Part shown: positions 28,691-38,457 of the stretch, piece after piece
How the letters are laid out: the number at the start of each line of letters is the position of its first letter
How positions within the stretch are numbered: the stretch's first letter is position 1
IMG/VR virus record: IMGVR_UViG_3300029564_000003
Coordinates: 69,289-133,288 of that record
Length of the DNA stretch: 64,000 nt
Reading direction: 5' to 3' (one strand)
From: a virus
Notes under the pieces: model-generated
The model's input: only the letters and a program-made list of their open reading frames with translations
The model's database searches: none
Told to the model about the DNA's origin: nothing
Program-made: the position numbers and the translations under genes

Positions 28691-29038
28691 TATTTGTAAA
28701 ACACATGCACAACATCGAACTAGTGTTCTATCTGACTACATAAGCATAAGCCAATGAGAGCCGATTTAAGGCGTTGTATTTCCGATACTGGACACTTACA
28801 CCACACACGCCACGAACGCCCGAAATATCGCAACGTAAAGCGTTTTAGTACGTTAATCCTGGTATCAGTACGGCATTGATAGAGCGCATATATACGCGAT
28901 TGGCGCAATGGTTCTAAAGATTGGGATATGTGTTGAAGTTGTGAAGATGAAATATCCCGATGAGCAACGCCAAGACATGCGATATAGTGTAGTCACGCCG
29001 AGCGGATAGGGCGCGGCACGATTGAAAAGAGGATATTA

Positions 29039-29206
29039 TGTGGAGCAACTTCGATGACGATGATTTCATCATCATTTTCAGCAACGGCGAGTATCTTTAC
29101 GAGGGTCTTGTAAAGGACATGCCCGAGAATTTCAAGCATGATTCATACGATTGGTACGCGCTTGGAAGGACGGAGCGTGCCGATTACCTGTTGATTGAGT
29201 TCTAAC
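29039..29206 (+). CDS. hypothetical protein (55 aa)
   Basis: AAGAGGA RBS; followed by a terminator. Confidence 0.4.
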
Positions 29207-29250
29207 CACGAGAGGGCGCGGGATACTTAGGTACCCGCGCTTTTCTTTTG
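29207..29250 (+). terminator. rho-independent terminator
   Basis: GCGCGGG(A)TAC...GTACCCGCGC + TTTTCTTTT. Confidence 0.6.
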
Positions 29251-29325
29251 TGTATTATTATGTAGATTATATGAATGATAATGATGTGTGGTATAGTGTA
29301 TTCAACGTTATTAGAAAGGATTGAC

Positions 29326-29592
29326 ATGCACGATACGAAGCTCACCTTTGATAACTGCACGTTGTTCGATTGCTGGAACCAGCCGCATATGCTCATTCCC
29401 ATTGACATGTTCGGAATCCCAATCTACCCAGATGATGTGGTGTATGACGAGTGCGACCGCGATAAGACCAAGCCTATTAAGGTCATGGCAATTCGCACAT
29501 ATGATGACGAGGATGATACGCAGCAACATATCATCGACTATGAGGGCAATTGGCATTATGGAGACGAGTGTTTTCATGAATGGTATTGCTAA
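29326..29592 (+). CDS. hypothetical protein (88 aa)
   Basis: GAAAGGATTGAC RBS before internal ATG. Confidence 0.45.
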   Translation: MHDTKLTFDNCTLFDCWNQPHMLIPIDMFGIPIYPDDVVYDECDRDKTKPIKVMAIRTYDDEDDTQQHIIDYEGNWHYGDECFHEWYC

Positions 29593-29594
29593 AT

Positions 29595-29630
29595 ATGGCG
29601 CGGGTGCAAAGGCATCCGCGCTTTTCTTTA
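29595..29630 (+). terminator. rho-independent terminator
   Basis: GCGCGGGTGC...GCATCCGCGC + TTTTCTTT. Confidence 0.6.
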
Positions 29631-29712
29631 CAAAAACAATTGTGAAGAAAACATGAATACGCTTGATGTGTGATATAGTATAGACGTGTTGAGCCAAGAG
29701 AAAGGAAGCGAC

Positions 29713-30177
29713 ATGCTTTACGAGTTCAGCGGTAACATCCCCCAAGAAATGCGCTATTGGTCTAACGGGTGTGCCGATTTGTCGGGCGATATTTGCGAGT
29801 ACGATTTGCCAATGGAGCTTAGGCGCGTACTTGATGACCTGTGGACTGACGCATATGTTACGCGCTGCTACCTATTCGAGTTCAAAGGTCGATACGGCGT
29901 TGCGATTGAAGCCGAATACGAAGCGGATTATGCGCGTGATTTGGGAATCTCACCCGACACGCTGGAAGATTACGCGCATAGCATCGCAAGAGCAACAGCC
30001 GATAGGTACGGCAAGTACGATGTTATGTTCTGTAATCAATTAAACATATGGGGCGGTAATGCAAACTATAACGACAGTCTTGTGACCGTGTTCATGCCAT
30101 GGAATATCGACAAGAATGAATTTACGGCGGTTGCAAGGTGGTTCGATGATAATTGTTACCTGAGCATCGACATATAA
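29713..30177 (+). CDS. hypothetical protein (154 aa)
   Basis: GAGAAAGGAAGCGAC RBS. Confidence 0.5.
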   Translation: MLYEFSGNIPQEMRYWSNGCADLSGDICEYDLPMELRRVLDDLWTDAYVTRCYLFEFKGRYGVAIEAEYEADYARDLGISPDTLEDYAHSIARATADRYGKYDVMFCNQLNIWGGNANYNDSLVTVFMPWNIDKNEFTAVARWFDDNCYLSIDI

Positions 30178-30292
30178 ATATGTAGAGATTGTGAAGCCAT
30201 ATATTCTCAATGACACGATGGTTGTTTTGCTGTATATTATAGACAACGAAAAGGCGCGTATGACACGCGAGAACCGACCGAGAGGAATCGAC

Positions 30293-30856
30293 ATGTTCAC
30301 CAAGAAGCAGCTCACGGCAATCAAGCGCATTGCAGCCAAGGGCACCAAGGCGGAGAGCCGTACCACGCATTGCACCACGCTTGCCTGTGGCGGCGATAAG
30401 CTGGCAGCTGTCAACAATTACGCTGTGGTGCTGTTCGGCTATGACGCTTTTGACGATGGCGATATGGACGCGATTAAGGCAGACCCCGCCTATTTCTACA
30501 ATGAGAAGATAGGCGAAACCATGAGGGTCGAACGCCTGTTCGCAAACTTTGACGATTACATGGCGAATGGCGATAACGAATGGTATTGCGACACACTATG
30601 TGAATTTCTTACACCTGGTGATGTTGACAGGCTGTGCAATGATGCTACGAGTGTATTCGGTTGCGCAAAGCCCTGTATCGTTCGTGAGTTCGGAAACGAG
30701 CCGCGCAACAACGTTACGAGGTTTGCTGTCAACGCCAAGTATTTCAGGGACGCTTGCCATGCTGTTGGCGGCAACGTGTTCGTGAACTGGTCTATGAACG
30801 GCATTGTTGTTGATGGTTATCAAAGCAAGGCAATCGTCATGCCTGTTCGCCTGTAA
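30293..30856 (+). CDS. hypothetical protein (187 aa)
   Basis: GAGAGGAATCGAC RBS before internal ATG of ORF 30191..30856. Confidence 0.5.
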   Translation: MFTKKQLTAIKRIAAKGTKAESRTTHCTTLACGGDKLAAVNNYAVVLFGYDAFDDGDMDAIKADPAYFYNEKIGETMRVERLFANFDDYMANGDNEWYCDTLCEFLTPGDVDRLCNDATSVFGCAKPCIVREFGNEPRNNVTRFAVNAKYFRDACHAVGGNVFVNWSMNGIVVDGYQSKAIVMPVRL

Positions 30857-30959
30857 GGCAATTATGTAGACGGTGTGGAGACGTAGAATCCCAAACACCA
30901 CACCGTCTCACCGTGGTATAGTGTAACCACAGAGAGACAAACCAACCCGAAAGGAATCA

Positions 30960-31154
30960 ATGATGGATACCAAGGCCGCAGCAACCAAGGCTCATAGGCT
31001 CATTGCAGACATTACCGCAGCGCTTGACATGGCATATGAAGCGCAGTATGACGTGATGGACGAGGAATCTATCGAGATTTTCGAGCGCATCGAGCGCAAG
31101 CTGAACGGCGCGCACGACAACGCGCATGAGCTGTTCGATATGCTTAGTGAGTAG
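30960..31154 (+). CDS. hypothetical helical protein (64 aa)
   Basis: GAAAGGAATCA RBS. Confidence 0.45.
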   Translation: MMDTKAAATKAHRLIADITAALDMAYEAQYDVMDEESIEIFERIERKLNGAHDNAHELFDMLSE

Positions 31155-31164
31155 GAGGTTTGAC

Positions 31165-31371
31165 ATGGAGTGCGTCATTATCGAAGCCGAGCGCACGGGA
31201 TACGCGCCCGAGCAGTGCGGTGAGACGATGACCGTTGGCGAGCTGGTCGAGCTGGTCGAGTCGCTGTCTGGTTATGACGATGACGTTCCCGTGTACCTGT
31301 CACACGACAACGGATACACATACGGCAGCATCAATGAGTGCAACATCAGCCGTATGACCGTCGCTGTTTAA
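31165..31371 (+). CDS. hypothetical protein (68 aa)
   Basis: GTAGGAGGTTTGAC RBS. Confidence 0.5.
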   Translation: MECVIIEAERTGYAPEQCGETMTVGELVELVESLSGYDDDVPVYLSHDNGYTYGSINECNISRMTVAV

Positions 31372-31417
31372 GATTAAACCAAGCATCCACACAACGAGGT
31401 TTCTTAAGGAGTTTACC

Positions 31418-31669
31418 ATGGCTTACTTTGCTTTTGAGATTACAGAGCTTAAAGTGGTGACACTGGCAATCGAAGCAGACAGTGACGAAGAAGCATATGA
31501 GAGACTGTTGGATATTGATAGCTCGAGTGATGTTCTAGTTGACGCAATCGCCGCCGCGCATCCGTTCGATAACAACACCAATTGCTTTGGAGAGATATTA
31601 GGAGACGTGATTGGAAATGTGATAATTTCAGACGGCGATTATAAGCGCATCATAGGCGAGTATTATTAG
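31418..31669 (+). CDS. hypothetical acidic protein, paralog A2
   Basis: Paralog of 27991..28251. Confidence 0.55.
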   Translation: MAYFAFEITELKVVTLAIEADSDEEAYERLLDIDSSSDVLVDAIAAAHPFDNNTNCFGEILGDVIGNVIISDGDYKRIIGEYY

Positions 31670-31690
31670 GTAATCAGGTAGGTAACGGAT

Positions 31691-31948
31691 ATGGACACTG
31701 GAAACGAGCATACGCACCATGCGGAGCATGAGTACCCGCAACTCACAGGGCACACCGATGATACCACTCTTGCTTTCATCGACACATCCGACACCTACGG
31801 GTTGCCGATGGGCATGGTTCTCAAGCTGTGGACGTGTATGGGCAGACCGCGCAACATCGACACGGTAAGGCAAGAGGTCGAACGTCTGTTCGATGAGTTC
31901 GGGACGGAAGAATTGCTGTACGGCCTTGCTTTGTCATGGCTGGACTGA
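31691..31948 (+). CDS. hypothetical His-rich protein (85 aa)
   Basis: GGTAGGTAACGGAT RBS-like; N-terminal HTHHAEHE. Confidence 0.45.
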   Translation: MDTGNEHTHHAEHEYPQLTGHTDDTTLAFIDTSDTYGLPMGMVLKLWTCMGRPRNIDTVRQEVERLFDEFGTEELLYGLALSWLD

Positions 31949-31995
31949 CGGAAAAATAATCGACAATCTTGTGGAAAATCTGTGGAGGTATTGAC

Positions 31996-32253
31996 ATGTG
32001 GGCTGTTGTGTGTATGGGCATTTACGATTACACGATTTTAAGCGTCAACCTATTTGACGATTTCGACAAGGCAACGCGGTTCGTTCGCAACGATGTGGAA
32101 GAAAGCTACCGTGAAATGAGTGAATGTAACGACAATATCAGTATTGAAGCAGATTATTCGGCTGGGTATGCGGAAATCGTTATCAACGGAGAGGTTAAAT
32201 ATATTTGGGGTACCGACTTTGTTGGTGATGTGTGTGTGGATTGTGAAGATTAG
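31996..32253 (+). CDS. hypothetical protein, paralog B2
   Basis: TGGAGGTATTGAC RBS; paralog of 28254..28493. Confidence 0.55.
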   Translation: MWAVVCMGIYDYTILSVNLFDDFDKATRFVRNDVEESYREMSECNDNISIEADYSAGYAEIVINGEVKYIWGTDFVGDVCVDCED

Positions 32254-32348
32254 CAAGGTCGGAAAATCTCACGCTCCATGGTCGGAAAATCTGATATAGT
32301 ATAACCAACGAGAAGCAACAGGACGCCGAGCGGAAGTAGGTTGTTACC

Positions 32349-32642
32349 ATGCGATACTACGCTTTTCACCACACTTACGGAATCAACACCGCCGACACGC
32401 GCGGAAATATCATCGGTAGGCTGTATGTTTTCGACACAAGGCAGGATGCCGCACGTTGGGTTTCCGAAGATGTGTGGGACGGAAATTATCACCGCTCGAC
32501 TATCAGCTCAAAAGACGCGCGTAAGTACCTGGAAGATATGTGGTTTGATTTCGGATTGCGCAATAAAGCGGACGCAAGGTATATGAGCATGGGCAGTCTT
32601 GTGGATAGATACACGGATTGGGCGCGTGAGGAATATATGTAG
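32349..32642 (+). CDS. hypothetical protein (97 aa)
   Basis: Complete ORF with ATG start; Trp/Tyr-rich. Confidence 0.45.
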   Translation: MRYYAFHHTYGINTADTRGNIIGRLYVFDTRQDAARWVSEDVWDGNYHRSTISSKDARKYLEDMWFDFGLRNKADARYMSMGSLVDRYTDWAREEYM

Positions 32643-32733
32643 GAACTGTGAATCGGAATATTCCCGATACAAACACAGTCTAGTTTTGATATAGTATAAC
32701 CAAGGTAAAGGAGCCGAGAGGAAGGCGCTGACA

Positions 32734-32949
32734 ATGACGTGGCAAGAGCTGGCAGACTTCATCAACAACGAGATGCCCGAGTGCAACAGGAACCAAACTG
32801 CGAATGTCTGGGATGCGAGTTGTGACGAACCCACTGGCGGCAACTGGTATGAGGTTAAGGACATTAGTCCTTATGACGCTGACGAGCGGCCTAACGAGCA
32901 CAACTTCTATTCCATCGACATTAACACCGAGCTTGGAGCGTACAATTAG
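32734..32949 (+). CDS. hypothetical protein (71 aa)
   Basis: AAAGGAGCCGAGAGGAAGG RBS. Confidence 0.5.
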   Translation: MTWQELADFINNEMPECNRNQTANVWDASCDEPTGGNWYEVKDISPYDADERPNEHNFYSIDINTELGAYN

Positions 32950-33063
32950 AAACAAACTTTCAACGGAAGGAACAACTATGAAGAACGTTGTTGTTAATAG
33001 CGAGGACATTATTAACGCCCTGGTGTCTATCGGAGATTGTTTTGATAAGTAGGAAGGCTTACA

Positions 33064-33654
33064 ATGGGCTACATAATCGCTACCGAAAATAATCAGTATT
33101 TGCAGTTGCTCGATGTTAATTTCGGAAAGTATGGTCTTACGGATGATGTATGCAAGGCGAAAAGATGGGGCACCAGCAAGCAAGCCCACAGGTCGCTAAA
33201 GACAATCAAGAATCAGTTTAAGGGCATGTGCATATCGTTCTGTGTCAAGAACGAGGATGCCATGCACGTCACGCGAGAGCCTATTGATAACATAGAGCCG
33301 CTGTCTTTTGATATTTCCGATACAGCGGATAACCTACTTGCCATATCGAGACAGGCGGAAAATTACAAGCGGTATCTTGATGAATGTTTGAGTACCATAG
33401 ACATGGAGATTGTAGACATTGAACATGCGGCAGAGTTCTACGAGCTTAATGCTTCACAAGGTTACAAGATATACAAGATGTTGCACGATGCCAGAGTTAA
33501 GCGGCGTATCATCAAAAACAACATGGAGATTGTCAAGAAGTTTTTAGGTACAACGTTGCAGAGCGGGAGCATCGAGAGCTTGAAAGATTGCATCGACGGC
33601 ATTGATAGCAAGACTTATAATCCGCGCGTAAACAAAGAACTGTTCGGTGTGTAG
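33064..33654 (+). CDS. hypothetical protein (196 aa)
   Basis: GTAGGAAGGCTTACA RBS. Confidence 0.5.
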   Translation: MGYIIATENNQYLQLLDVNFGKYGLTDDVCKAKRWGTSKQAHRSLKTIKNQFKGMCISFCVKNEDAMHVTREPIDNIEPLSFDISDTADNLLAISRQAENYKRYLDECLSTIDMEIVDIEHAAEFYELNASQGYKIYKMLHDARVKRRIIKNNMEIVKKFLGTTLQSGSIESLKDCIDGIDSKTYNPRVNKELFGV

Positions 33655-33737
33655 TAAACGAGCGTTCCGTATGTTGTTTATCAACACACCGATAATTAAG
33701 CCCGTATTTGATAAAGAGGATAACGAGAGGAACGACT

Positions 33738-34316
33738 ATGGACACCACGTATCTGGACGAGCTTGTTAAGCTGAGCGACAGCGCGGATAAAATTGTAGCC
33801 GAGGTGCATAAGGTGAACAAGCATTTGCGTGACGAGTACGAGGACATGGAGGTTGCCGCGCTGGAAAAATTCATCGATGACATGCGCGGGCTTGGTGAGT
33901 ATGCGAAGAAATTTGAGCATTGGGCGTTTTATACTGGTATCACGCTTGATTATCATCGCAATAGCTTTGATTCATATGCAGAACTCATAGTGAGATTCTA
34001 TAAAGACGGAACTTTTGCGTTGAAATCAAACGCATACAGAACTTATCCATATATCTACAACGATAGGTATTCCAATTGCGGAAAAATAATGACAAACTTT
34101 GGAGATACTTATCGCGGAGCGACTAAATGTGTCGATGGGTGGTCTTGGGAAATCAATGAGAGCAAGCGCTTTATCGCGCTCAACGCGGACAAGATTTACA
34201 ATCGCGTGTATGATATGATTTGCGAGCGTCTCGCAGAAGACACCAAGCGGAAGATTGAAGCTGTACGCAAGCAGAACGAGCAGCTTATTAAGGACATTGA
34301 GCGACTGGAAGCCTAA
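33738..34316 (+). CDS. hypothetical protein (192 aa)
   Basis: GAGAGGAACGAC RBS before internal ATG. Confidence 0.5.
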   Translation: MDTTYLDELVKLSDSADKIVAEVHKVNKHLRDEYEDMEVAALEKFIDDMRGLGEYAKKFEHWAFYTGITLDYHRNSFDSYAELIVRFYKDGTFALKSNAYRTYPYIYNDRYSNCGKIMTNFGDTYRGATKCVDGWSWEINESKRFIALNADKIYNRVYDMICERLAEDTKRKIEAVRKQNEQLIKDIERLEA

Positions 34317-34469
34317 AAGCGTAAGGGCGCGATACACAAGGGCATATGATTGTCCTGTACCTAACTATCTTGTGTTGATATTGTGAACGCGAAGATTCAC
34401 GATGCACCGACACCGTAAGTCTGATATATTCAAGTTGTCAAAGCCAAGGACAAAGAGAAGGGAACCATA

Positions 34470-34925
34470 ATGGCTGACACGAACGATATTCCCAATTGTG
34501 ATATTTGCCCGATTGGTAAGAGGTACAATTATCGCCGTTGCCCATATAGCCATCATAAGTTCCGAAATGGGAAGCGGGGTAAGCTACAATGCGACTATAA
34601 GGGCGAGATTAAGGACGAGCCTAGATGCGGTGACTGTGCTCATTGGCAGGGACATTTGTGCCACCCAAATAATAATAACGGGAGACATGATTTCTTTGGA
34701 AATTGCTATTACAAGATAGGAAATTGGAATGCTTGTAAGCCCGTAGGTGACTGTCCTCATTACATCGAGCGCAAAGATGGTGAACTTGCTCACACTGATT
34801 GGATTGAGCAGCGTGTAGGCGAGCTTGGCGGAACACATGATTCTTCGCCTAAGTCGCGTGAGTTGAGGATGCAAGTTCGTAAAGAGTGGGAAGATAACCA
34901 TATTCATCGACAAGGCGGCGTGTGA
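34470..34925 (+). CDS. Cys/His-rich putative zinc-binding protein (151 aa)
   Basis: Multiple CxxC/HxxC clusters (CDICPIG, CPYSHH, CGDCAHWQGHLCHP, CPHY). Confidence 0.5.
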   Translation: MADTNDIPNCDICPIGKRYNYRRCPYSHHKFRNGKRGKLQCDYKGEIKDEPRCGDCAHWQGHLCHPNNNNGRHDFFGNCYYKIGNWNACKPVGDCPHYIERKDGELAHTDWIEQRVGELGGTHDSSPKSRELRMQVRKEWEDNHIHRQGGV

Positions 34926-35101
34926 CGAGTTCGATACGCCCGCTTGTTAATCGTTTCGCCTGTATCTTTTCAGATTTCTGGTGTGCTGTTGCGACTTGCA
35001 GCACACCAGATTTTGCGTTACGCGCAATTGTGTGTGAAATATGGATGCTGAATTATTTCCAATTCTCAGTATGAATGTACGCCGAGTCTGGTATTATATA
35101 G

Positions 35102-35180
35102 TTAATCGGTAGCCGAGACGAACCCAAATAGGGGAAGCAGGGGCAAGAAGGAGCCGTGATTTATCTAGCTACAGTTCTAT
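35102..35180 (+). repeat. ~90-bp conserved intergenic element, copy 2
   Basis: See 28603..28690. Confidence 0.75.
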
Positions 35181-35299
35181 AGAAACTACAAATCATGGCT
35201 AAATGTGTTGGGTTTATGAATTGGAAATCGTCACCGAAACACAGCGCGAGGCAGGGTAATATATCCATGTGGTCAAAACAGCAAGAGAAAGGAACCACA

Positions 35300-35836
35300 A
35301 TGGCGTACAACGAGAACAACAGCGAGTACAAAGAGCTGGTAGACGAGGAGCGCGAGCTTCTGGACTTGGAGGAGAGCGAGCGGTCGGGCAAGATTCTCGA
35401 TGTGCTGGCCGAGCTGGATGACAAAGACGTGTATGACATCATGCGCGATTTCATGGCGTGGGATGGTTCGTTCGATAATTTTGTTGACTACTCTGATTTC
35501 AGCGAGTACGTTAGCACGATGACGGACGGTAAGAGCGGCAATGAGCTTGTTCGTTTCATCATGGACGTTGCAAAAGCCGTCAATGAGTATGACGGCTCCG
35601 ATGTTGAGTACGCCGCCATCGGCTATGAGCGTGGTCTTTACCTTGTGATTAAGGACTGGGAGGACGTGTACAGCGATTGCGCCGAGTACGCCGACGAACT
35701 TGCAGACCATATCATCGACGACCCTTGTGCGCAGTCTCACGTCGATTTACCGTCTGAAATCACCGACATGCTTGACCTGTGGGTGCGCGAGGATGATGGT
35801 GAGTTCGAGTATGAGGATGAGGACGAGGACGAGTAA
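35300..35836 (+). CDS. highly acidic protein with poly-Glu/Asp C-terminus (possible DNA mimic)
   Basis: GAGAAAGGAACC RBS; C-terminus EDDGEFEYEDEDEDE; overall strongly acidic. Confidence 0.45.
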   Translation: MAYNENNSEYKELVDEERELLDLEESERSGKILDVLAELDDKDVYDIMRDFMAWDGSFDNFVDYSDFSEYVSTMTDGKSGNELVRFIMDVAKAVNEYDGSDVEYAAIGYERGLYLVIKDWEDVYSDCAEYADELADHIIDDPCAQSHVDLPSEITDMLDLWVREDDGEFEYEDEDEDE

Positions 35837-35941
35837 CCCAATTGTGTGGGTTATATGAATCGCCTATTGTCGGTTAGTTTGTTCGCTTGCTCTGGTAATA
35901 TAAGTGTTGTCAGGGCAAGCGACTAGTGAAAGGTTCAAATC

Positions 35942-36118
35942 ATGTCGCGTGTTTACATCGTAATGTCCGAGCTGAACGGGTACAAGAGGGTCGAGTCCGT
36001 GTACGCGAACGAGGACAATGCTTGGGCGTACCGCAACGAGCTTGCGAACGATTGGCATTACGACCGTCACGACCTGTACGTTGTCGAGTATCACGTAATG
36101 GACATGCCCGTTGGATAG
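35942..36118 (+). CDS. hypothetical protein (58 aa)
   Basis: GAAAGGTTCAAATC RBS; not in the ORF track because it is under 60 aa. Confidence 0.4.
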   Translation: MSRVYIVMSELNGYKRVESVYANEDNAWAYRNELANDWHYDRHDLYVVEYHVMDMPVG

Positions 36119-36194
36119 ACCGAGTTGAAGGCGTGGGGCGGCGATTAACCTGCCCCACATGATAGAACCGTCACGATAAACAAGGAGAATAACA

Positions 36195-36827
36195 ATGCGT
36201 ACCATCGCCATCACCGCGAACGTATACAAGTATAACGAACTGAATACCAAAGCGCAGGAGCGCGTAATGGAGTGGTATGTTGCAAACTACCGCACGCCCG
36301 AGCTGTTCAGCGAGATGCTTGCCGATGATTTGGAAATAGTGTTCGGCGAGAACGATTTGGACGTAGAGTATTCGCTCAGCAATTCCCAGGGCGATGGTCT
36401 GAATGTCTACGGCTCTATCTCGTTGACGCAGATTCTCGATGAAGCAGAGCGGTGCAGTTGGATTACGTACTTCGATGCTTTCCGCAACTGTTTTACAGCA
36501 GACGAGAAGGCGCTTATCAGGAGATACGCTGAGGATTACGACACTGTGAACATCCCGCGTAACACAAGCAATATGTATCATTATTGCCATGCAGACCACA
36601 TCGACTATGTATATGATTACATGACCATGACGAACGCTGGTGAGGACGACGATACTGATTTGCTGAATCGAGTCAATGCCGCATTGATTTCCTTGTTTTC
36701 GGAGCTATGTGCATCTTATAAGGAGTGGGGATATGAATTCCTCTATGATGTTGACGATGATACACTATCAGAGGTGTGCGAGGCGAACGGCTGGGAGTTC
36801 ACCGAGGATGGTGAGTTGTACGTGTGA
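36195..36827 (+). CDS. acidic protein, possible ArdA-like antirestriction protein
   Basis: N-terminal ITANVYKYNELNTKAQERVMEWY resembles the ArdA N-terminal YIANLGKYNEGEL pattern; strongly acidic composition; weak. Confidence 0.3.
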   Translation: MRTIAITANVYKYNELNTKAQERVMEWYVANYRTPELFSEMLADDLEIVFGENDLDVEYSLSNSQGDGLNVYGSISLTQILDEAERCSWITYFDAFRNCFTADEKALIRRYAEDYDTVNIPRNTSNMYHYCHADHIDYVYDYMTMTNAGEDDDTDLLNRVNAALISLFSELCASYKEWGYEFLYDVDDDTLSEVCEANGWEFTEDGELYV

Positions 36828-36938
36828 TTGAGTTGCGCCGTATGGCATAATTTCTTACCGAGCGGTAAGTTTTGTATCATACGGTGCATTTCTTCCCGAA
36901 CGGTAATAAATCTTAGACGATAACAGAAAGGCGAAACA

Positions 36939-37241
36939 ATGTCTCACGAGCTGTACATTTCCGACTGGTGCTGCAAGGCTGGTTACACCCCCGAGAACGA
37001 TTACGACCCGCGCTATTACGATGCTGGCGGTAGCCTGTCGGTGGATGACTTGTGTTACATCGGCGAGGAATTCGGCTATGATTCGTTCTCTATTCCGATT
37101 GACACCGTGCTGTACACCGAGAATATCAACGTCATGCGCTACATGCAGGACGATGCGCTAATCGCGCCAATGTGGTTCGATGTGTGCGGCGATGATGTCA
37201 ACACCGTTGACGAACTGCATAAATCTGGCTGGACGTGGTAG
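36939..37241 (+). CDS. hypothetical protein (100 aa)
   Basis: AGAAAGGCGAAACA RBS. Confidence 0.5.
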   Translation: MSHELYISDWCCKAGYTPENDYDPRYYDAGGSLSVDDLCYIGEEFGYDSFSIPIDTVLYTENINVMRYMQDDALIAPMWFDVCGDDVNTVDELHKSGWTW

Positions 37242-37317
37242 CCGTTGACGCTTGACATATTCCGCACATGCGCTTAACATGGAGGTATGAATAATAACAT
37301 GGGGGAGCTGTGCGGAT

Positions 37318-37533
37318 ATGTCGAGCATCAAAAGCGAGATTGGAAAGGTCGATAGAACACCGTTCAACACGACGATAAGAACCGACCTATTGAATGACTT
37401 CAAACGATACTCAAAGGACACTGGCGTTCCTATGAACGTGCTTGTAGAGCTATTCATGGCTGGTGTCGTAGACGGAAAATTCGATATCGCCATAGTCAAA
37501 GGCGGGGTTCATCTGGATTTTCAGGAAGAATGA
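37318..37533 (+). CDS. putative ribbon-helix-helix (CopG/Arc-like) regulator
   Basis: N-terminal beta-strand segment RTPFNTTIRTDLL followed by two predicted helices; 71 aa. Confidence 0.4.
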   Translation: MSSIKSEIGKVDRTPFNTTIRTDLLNDFKRYSKDTGVPMNVLVELFMAGVVDGKFDIAIVKGGVHLDFQEE

Positions 37534-37596
37534 CAACTGTGTTGATTTCGTGTAGCCCAAAATGACTGTATAAAACATGTGATATATGGGTATGAG

Positions 37597-37788
37597 ATGC
37601 ACGTTGCGGAAAATCTGAACGAAGGGATTACCATGTACGAGGACGATGTTAAGGACGAGTTGCGGAAAATCGCGGAAAGCATGGTCGATGCGTCCGATGG
37701 CCTGACGGTTGCCGATGCGATGGATGCGATTCGTTATTATCTCGATGTGATTCTCAATGACATTCAGCGAGAGTTGGAGGACAAGTAA
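37597..37788 (+). CDS. hypothetical acidic protein
   Basis: Internal start of ORF 37579..37788; an alternative ATG at 37633 has a better RBS. Confidence 0.4.
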   Translation: MHVAENLNEGITMYEDDVKDELRKIAESMVDASDGLTVADAMDAIRYYLDVILNDIQRELEDK

Positions 37789-38039
37789 TGCCAAGGTGCG
37801 CACATGAGCGCGTGTGTACCGAGTACATGCGCCGCTACGGAAAAATCCTATCGAAGCATTGCCCGAATCCGAGTCGATGCCCGTTCTATCAGAAGGAGAA
37901 CACCGTGACAATCAAGGAGTTCATGGATGATTTCATGGACGGCATGGCGGATGCGTTCTGTGTCAATGACAACGGCGTTACCAAGGTGAAGCGCAAGACC
38001 GTTCCCAGGGACATGGTCGATGATTGCTACGGTGTGTGA
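37788..38039 (+). CDS. hypothetical Cys-rich protein (83 aa)
   Basis: CxxxC...CPxxxRC pattern. Confidence 0.45.
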   Translation: MPRCAHERVCTEYMRRYGKILSKHCPNPSRCPFYQKENTVTIKEFMDDFMDGMADAFCVNDNGVTKVKRKTVPRDMVDDCYGV

Positions 38040-38434
38040 TTGATGTGGAGACATTTGACTGGGACGATGGATTCTATTGTGAATACGATGTAAACCAAGA
38101 GGGGCGATTTGAATCTTCGTTCAATGATAAGCTCTTCGCGACGCTGTTCACGACACTGGTCGTAGCTACATTGCTGTTCGTTATCGTCAGTCTTGGACTG
38201 TCTAGCTGTGCGGACAAACATGAAGCGCAGGAAGCGACAAATGATACGGAACTTGCAACCATTTATGATACGGCAAAAGAAGATGATGGTTTCTTGTATG
38301 AAGGTCGCGGACTGTGTTCTGAGTGCGGCAGGGAGGGCTACACGATTGACGATAACATCGTGTGCCGTAACGAGGATTGCCCTAATTACGGCCTTGCAGC
38401 ACCAGCAATCATGACGGGGACGGAAAATCAATAG
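38024..38434 (+). CDS. membrane/lipoprotein-like protein with C-terminal zinc ribbon
   Basis: TM segment FATLFTTLVVATLLFVIVSLGLSSC (lipobox-like LSSC); CSECG...CRNEDC; start codon uncertain (TTG/GTG). Confidence 0.35.
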   Translation: MLRCVIDVETFDWDDGFYCEYDVNQEGRFESSFNDKLFATLFTTLVVATLLFVIVSLGLSSCADKHEAQEATNDTELATIYDTAKEDDGFLYEGRGLCSECGREGYTIDDNIVCRNEDCPNYGLAAPAIMTGTENQ

Positions 38435-38457
38435 ACGATTCTGATTGAGAGGTTCAC

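Noticed and set aside
36120-36155. Hairpin GTGGGGC...GCCCCAC after the 35942 gene, as a terminator
   Set aside because: There is no downstream T-run, and the next gene's RBS follows immediately. It is more likely an RNA structure than an intrinsic terminator.
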